The notes under the pieces were generated by a model. It worked only from the letters and a program-made list of their open reading frames with translations. It did not search any database and was not told where the DNA came from. Made by a program: the position numbers and the translations under genes. From a virus, in the IMG/VR virus record IMGVR_UViG_3300032287_003808, positions 1-64,000 of that record: 64,000 nucleotides of DNA; one strand, written 5' to 3'. This document shows, one piece after another, positions 61,901 to 64,000 of this stretch (its first letter is position 1; each line of letters starts with the position of its first letter).

Positions 61901-61967
61901 TTTCTTGCCCATCGTATGATTGGGCAGATAATGTTATTGGATCTAATAATGTAATTTCTGCAGCCAT
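55965..61967 (-). CDS. large baseplate wedge-like structural protein (2000 aa)
   Basis: 'IPEYL', 'LLKAKGTLPGLRALITSYGI' (gp7/P2 gpI-like), LamG-like segment, 'IKDFVPART'; two genes from a gp6-like gene. Confidence 0.6.
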   Translation of the reverse strand: MAAEITLLDPITLSAQSYDGQETSLIPTFEIDTSLSSESYIEFFIYSLNKNLIYRTYNFTQYSVLNNGQSAGNNNILSQIEIDLENVTSTALGSTQGKYILYFNFLNKKIGSDIQQLYITEVSSDRTELRLDSTTLTNLDIVEQTNAFILEREESTYFLDFYINFGDNELFIANNISLDNTDPLNPTILIKLYDPLPEEYDINSTLWIITNVEEPLAYDIDFINDPIEINDFTTIQGPNFNIPIKDQINNSTNELSYSDLVSTPVSSSFSQLNSLLEEKEIDINIDYTKFEEFVHFSSAQTRLENFFYKVNLIEEYSSSLAIINSSITGPTSLTPSVSESKAVLENKINEITKYFDGWEYYMYYSSGSWAWPKLNNEPPYQLVSANNNIALTWFGSTNEYSPLYGGIILSASLYDNENKDNLLFSIPEYLRDDPENDQYGLFIDMVAQHFDNIWIYYKDITQKYNADNRLEQGISKDIVADAIRDFGVKLYQNNFSNQDLYTAFLGLTPDGALFPFPNITSSLPTPSGFEYVDTLISASNDYMPLDDVNKSLYKRIYHNLPYLLKAKGTLPGLRALITSYGIPDTVLRINEYGGKDKVNSNDWDYWQNEFNYAFSTLGSNFISSSWDLNPDWNAPNDTPATLMFRFKTEGLPTSNIPYSQSLWYGDGGCAITLTYTGSAYVSESYSGSIIDPYYQYATVAFYPDISVAGQTASVYLPFFDGDWWSVMVTKESDTYTLYTQNKIYEGGDNGTLLGFTASNAITYVSTNWDNTLISYFPVSFSVGTPEGYDISSYDVNVYDGSGNTAGSYTAFSGSYQEIRYYTVPISESVFADYTMNPYSIEGNSLNSTPDELAFRAPVGGELYTASISIHPKVTGSWVTTSSFISDSNFYYDASPNFVSNVEYFFYDQPIAGIKNAVSDKIRLENDSLPSGSTLSPFRALSQTIEASASYTPNINLLEVAFSPQDEINDDINSQLGFFNIGDFIGDPAFRFSPLQSYTDLDKLRNAYFEKYIKNYNLVDFIRLIKFFDNSLFKMIKDFVPARTSLASGVVIKQHLLERNRYPQPQIEWEDLDISGAIKSIQVWDPISQSSYISHSLIEEFSGGTAGSFEIFNGVNTSPYGIDGNGPNNIFGITQSWSESIATPLGIATTLYDSQEEFYDGEFSGSVILVTTQSLNQPYPLDNTEFNYSPILYKNPFYGVSSTSITTQNQFLNSLTVPQLGEILILAPKANKLTLSSSVNPYSNAYIKLNKIDLNGNDNTIPLGQITNLIIDYVNSSYTTYQVLNINEYPTYYLYEISNQNIDISGSGIDTEVKNYYVSASKNTITSFLPIDVPIDTYTSELGDTLGYFDTSSGIYTLGNTPNIPILITASFTVVQSGGGSAGTCSIAVSDNNSILYLASTTFPSSFSGIKTISTSYIGIAGDLLALTTKGGINASLSGVNLLITQSISPTASFQDPIIFEPYITTPNFYNSDGNALLNNAVDIRQNSFIQDADYSTGVLTPTNFNALIEGDATKATIPASNYTTKRIIDPRYNGSRSISQKLNKWTKGDSGTYGKLPTIESTKTYIAYSDNIGGYAPEKMNTSGVLVKYLISEDGELISNNTSPNSLSIMKQNFMYGEKIELQTLSGGTVAQNPSLVIFKGGASIEPILYNQIKHYENPPMTFAATLSFSDRNPYSTSSVLDYTATLSPNLDYQVGFNGFSGIFMNEVLAQGINITPGAGGQLPPGTNRYVVTAPVITENVDLVFEVNMNCIRLIPSTGTVYARVVRNRGGVNTAVSGDFGGFIYPATELNINFTITVPKAELQTGDQFFVAMLAGQPNTFYKSTSTFKISTNPYPTPPINVTNLWRTGSSSEPNIIYTTSSQLIQYVNSSNIYQQDIVGSGFFPITLPVTIQRGDEFRFEGDETKTFMVSDIQIFSASAYLPSDPALVVTLNNIISGSNININQFLLRRYVDNAGSLILDGLKPSGFQSPYLIKPEYVSNKMKENIGKYIEDFTNKGLL

Positions 61968-62329
61968 TATTGTGGGTTAGCTAAAGAAGTTCCTGTTTGG
62001 GCTTCAATTAATTGTTTTTGAGTATTTAATAATTCAGTTCTTAACTGATCTATTTCTTTTTGTAGTGCTAATATTAATTCATTATTAAATTGGTAATTAA
62101 TATATTCAGCACTTGTAGTTATAAGGTATTCATGTGAATTAGTAGTTCCTAATTCAGGTATGTCATAGAATAATTCGTCATACATTTGAAAAAATTGTTC
62201 AACTGTATTTTGTTGGGCTAATTGTTCAGGTATAGTTTGAACACCTAATTGAGTAAAAGACGTATCAATTACTTTTTGGTAATTAGCTTTATTATATACT
62301 TGCTTACTAAATTTTATTTGTTCACTCAT
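61967..62329 (-). CDS. hypothetical protein with C-terminal coiled coil
   Basis: 120 aa, translationally coupled to neighbours. Confidence 0.55.
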   Translation of the reverse strand: MSEQIKFSKQVYNKANYQKVIDTSFTQLGVQTIPEQLAQQNTVEQFFQMYDELFYDIPELGTTNSHEYLITTSAEYINYQFNNELILALQKEIDQLRTELLNTQKQLIEAQTGTSLANPQ

Positions 62330-63513
62330 CCGTTAACTACTTTAAAATAATACTGATCATTAAAAATGAGAGTAGAGCCGTTAATATTAGTTTGAATCAG
62401 GATAGTATAATATCTTTCAGGTTCAAGCCCACTCATATAAACATCAAAATAATTACCATATTCATCAGCACTAATTTGAGTATATTGTTCATCGAATGTA
62501 ACAACGTATTCATTAGTATCCAAGTCTTTTATAGCATAATATGAAGAAGTTGGTAGATAATATAAATCAGTAAAGTATGATGATGTCTGGAATGTTCGAG
62601 GTGGGTATAAAGGACTTGAATTAACTCTAAATCTATTTACACTAAAAGGATAAAATACTCCTGGGTTTTCGTTTAGAGCTAATTTTGCTTCTGTTGTGTT
62701 AAGTATTTTTTCTGTAGATGCTCCTGTTAGTATGGTAGAATAATCTCTCCATCTAAATTCTAAACATGGAGGGTATATTGTATTAGTATCAACACTATAA
62801 TATTTTAATGTAGGTTGAATGTTTTGACTTGGGTTAAATTCAGCGTTTTCATCTAGTTTAGTTATAAAACCATAATTTGGTATATAATCTTCCGCCCACG
62901 CTTGGACTAAGAGACTAACATTTGCTTCAAGATCTTTAACAGTTCTTAATCCGTATGATGCACTAGAAGGTAAACTTAAAGGATTTCCTTGAGTATAAAA
63001 AGGACTCATATAGTTAATAACAACATATAAGTTACTTCCTGTATCATAAAACCAATTACCACCCCCAGCAGAAGCATAAGCTGAGTTATAAGAACTGGTA
63101 TAAGAAAATCCATTTATAGAGCCGCTTGGATTCCAATTCCCTGAACCTGAGAAGTTAGCGTAATTCCAGGATACTCCGTCTTTAGTTTGAGGGGAATCTC
63201 CGAACACTCCTGTTCCATTATTCCAAGATTGAGCTACAGGATAAATTTCTATTGTTGTATCTGCGTTTAATCCTTGAGCGGTAGCTATGAAATTTTTTAA
63301 GTATACCCCAAATAAATTATCTTTTACTTTATTATTTAATATATCTTTTATTTCATCTGTATCAAATAAAGTAAGATATCTAGTTACAACTGGGTTTCCA
63401 GCTCCATTTAACGTATTAGAGACTTCACATATAGCATCTAAACCTGTATTCATTTCTGGGTATTCAGAATACAAAGTAGCATCTTGGGTAGGGAATATCT
63501 TGTAGACAGCCAT
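62326..63513 (-). CDS. putative virion structural protein
   Basis: 395 aa beta-rich; 'QDATLYSEYP', 'VAQSWNNGTG', 'NYGFI', 'IYPPCLE'; in baseplate cluster. Confidence 0.5.
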   Translation of the reverse strand: MAVYKIFPTQDATLYSEYPEMNTGLDAICEVSNTLNGAGNPVVTRYLTLFDTDEIKDILNNKVKDNLFGVYLKNFIATAQGLNADTTIEIYPVAQSWNNGTGVFGDSPQTKDGVSWNYANFSGSGNWNPSGSINGFSYTSSYNSAYASAGGGNWFYDTGSNLYVVINYMSPFYTQGNPLSLPSSASYGLRTVKDLEANVSLLVQAWAEDYIPNYGFITKLDENAEFNPSQNIQPTLKYYSVDTNTIYPPCLEFRWRDYSTILTGASTEKILNTTEAKLALNENPGVFYPFSVNRFRVNSSPLYPPRTFQTSSYFTDLYYLPTSSYYAIKDLDTNEYVVTFDEQYTQISADEYGNYFDVYMSGLEPERYYTILIQTNINGSTLIFNDQYYFKVVNG

Positions 63514-63526
63514 TTTATTATAAATA

Positions 63527-64000
63527 TTATAAAGGTACTACTTTTCCTTTAATATCTAACTCAGGGTATCTAACTTCAAAAATACTAGGGTCTAAAGAAG
63601 GGTATACAACTTGATTTTGGGTAGCTGCTGTTATATCATAAGCATATTGAGAATATCCCATCATAGTTCCTACTTTATTAGAAATAGCAATATTTTTAAC
63701 AGTTTGAACTCCTTTTATTTTATCTAAAAGTATATATAAATCTCTTAAAAATATAGGTTGATTAATTTGCCATTTATCACGAGCAAAATAATTTTGGACT
63801 GAAGTGATGCATGCCAAGATAACTTCGTTGTTGTTATATTCAGGTAAAACTATGATTTCAAAATTTACTCCTATATTAATAATATAAGCGTCTTTAATCT
63901 CAATAGAATCTCCTATTACTCTATATTGGGAAAGGTAAGTGCGAAGATTATTCTTTAATGTATTAGAGGCATAATCAAATTGACCTAAATTATTAAATGC
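63527..64000 (-). CDS. baseplate wedge protein (T4 gp6-like), C-terminal fragment
   Basis: frame is open to the window edge: 'LKNNLRTYLSQYRVIGDSIEIKDAYIINIGVNF...YPSLDPSIFEVRYP..DIKG'. Confidence 0.7.
   Translation of the reverse strand, partial: AFNNLGQFDYASNTLKNNLRTYLSQYRVIGDSIEIKDAYIINIGVNFEIIVLPEYNNNEVILACITSVQNYFARDKWQINQPIFLRDLYILLDKIKGVQTVKNIAISNKVGTMMGYSQYAYDITAATQNQVVYPSLDPSIFEVRYPELDIKGKVVPL

Noticed and set aside
1325-63505. All plus-strand ORFs in the track (e.g. 25133..25717, 33717..34175, 14791..15096)
   Set aside because: Antisense shadows of long minus-strand genes with low-complexity or implausible products; no promoter or synteny support
1-64000. Stop-codon reassignment, introns/inteins, tRNA genes
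   Set aside because: Core genes (terminase, portal, capsid, primase) are intact and of ordinary size under the standard code; intergenic gaps are short and no cloverleaf was recognised

Overview
A 64-kb, AT-rich segment of a large T4-like (myovirus/jumbo-type) phage genome, with essentially all genes on the minus strand under the standard genetic code. It holds most of the virion morphogenesis region: baseplate-like proteins, terminase large subunit, portal (gp20-like), prohead protease (gp21-like), scaffold, major capsid (gp23-like), neck/tail-completion proteins (gp13/14/15-like), a cluster of tail-fibre/LamG proteins, two tandem tail sheath genes and the tail tube. Interleaved are primase, nucleases, PhoH, a DenV-like glycosylase, a MoxR/vWA pair, a flavoprotein and about 20 small hypothetical genes. 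A Bacteroidota host is inferred from TTTG-N19/20-TAnnTTTA promoters, A-rich leaders lacking Shine-Dalgarno sites and an Hc1-like histone gene missed by the ORF track. Main hypotheses: (1) a shared amphipathic 'LxxLI(K/R)Exx..L(N/L)E' leader on many unrelated proteins, a candidate capsid-targeting/protease-cleaved signal for packaged cargo; (2) a pervasive [S/T]-[G/A/S]-S triad in predicted surface-exposed virion proteins, a candidate modification sequon; (3) two promoter classes, the putative late one being the reverse complement of the T4 late promoter. All calls are from motif recognition by eye; no searches were run.
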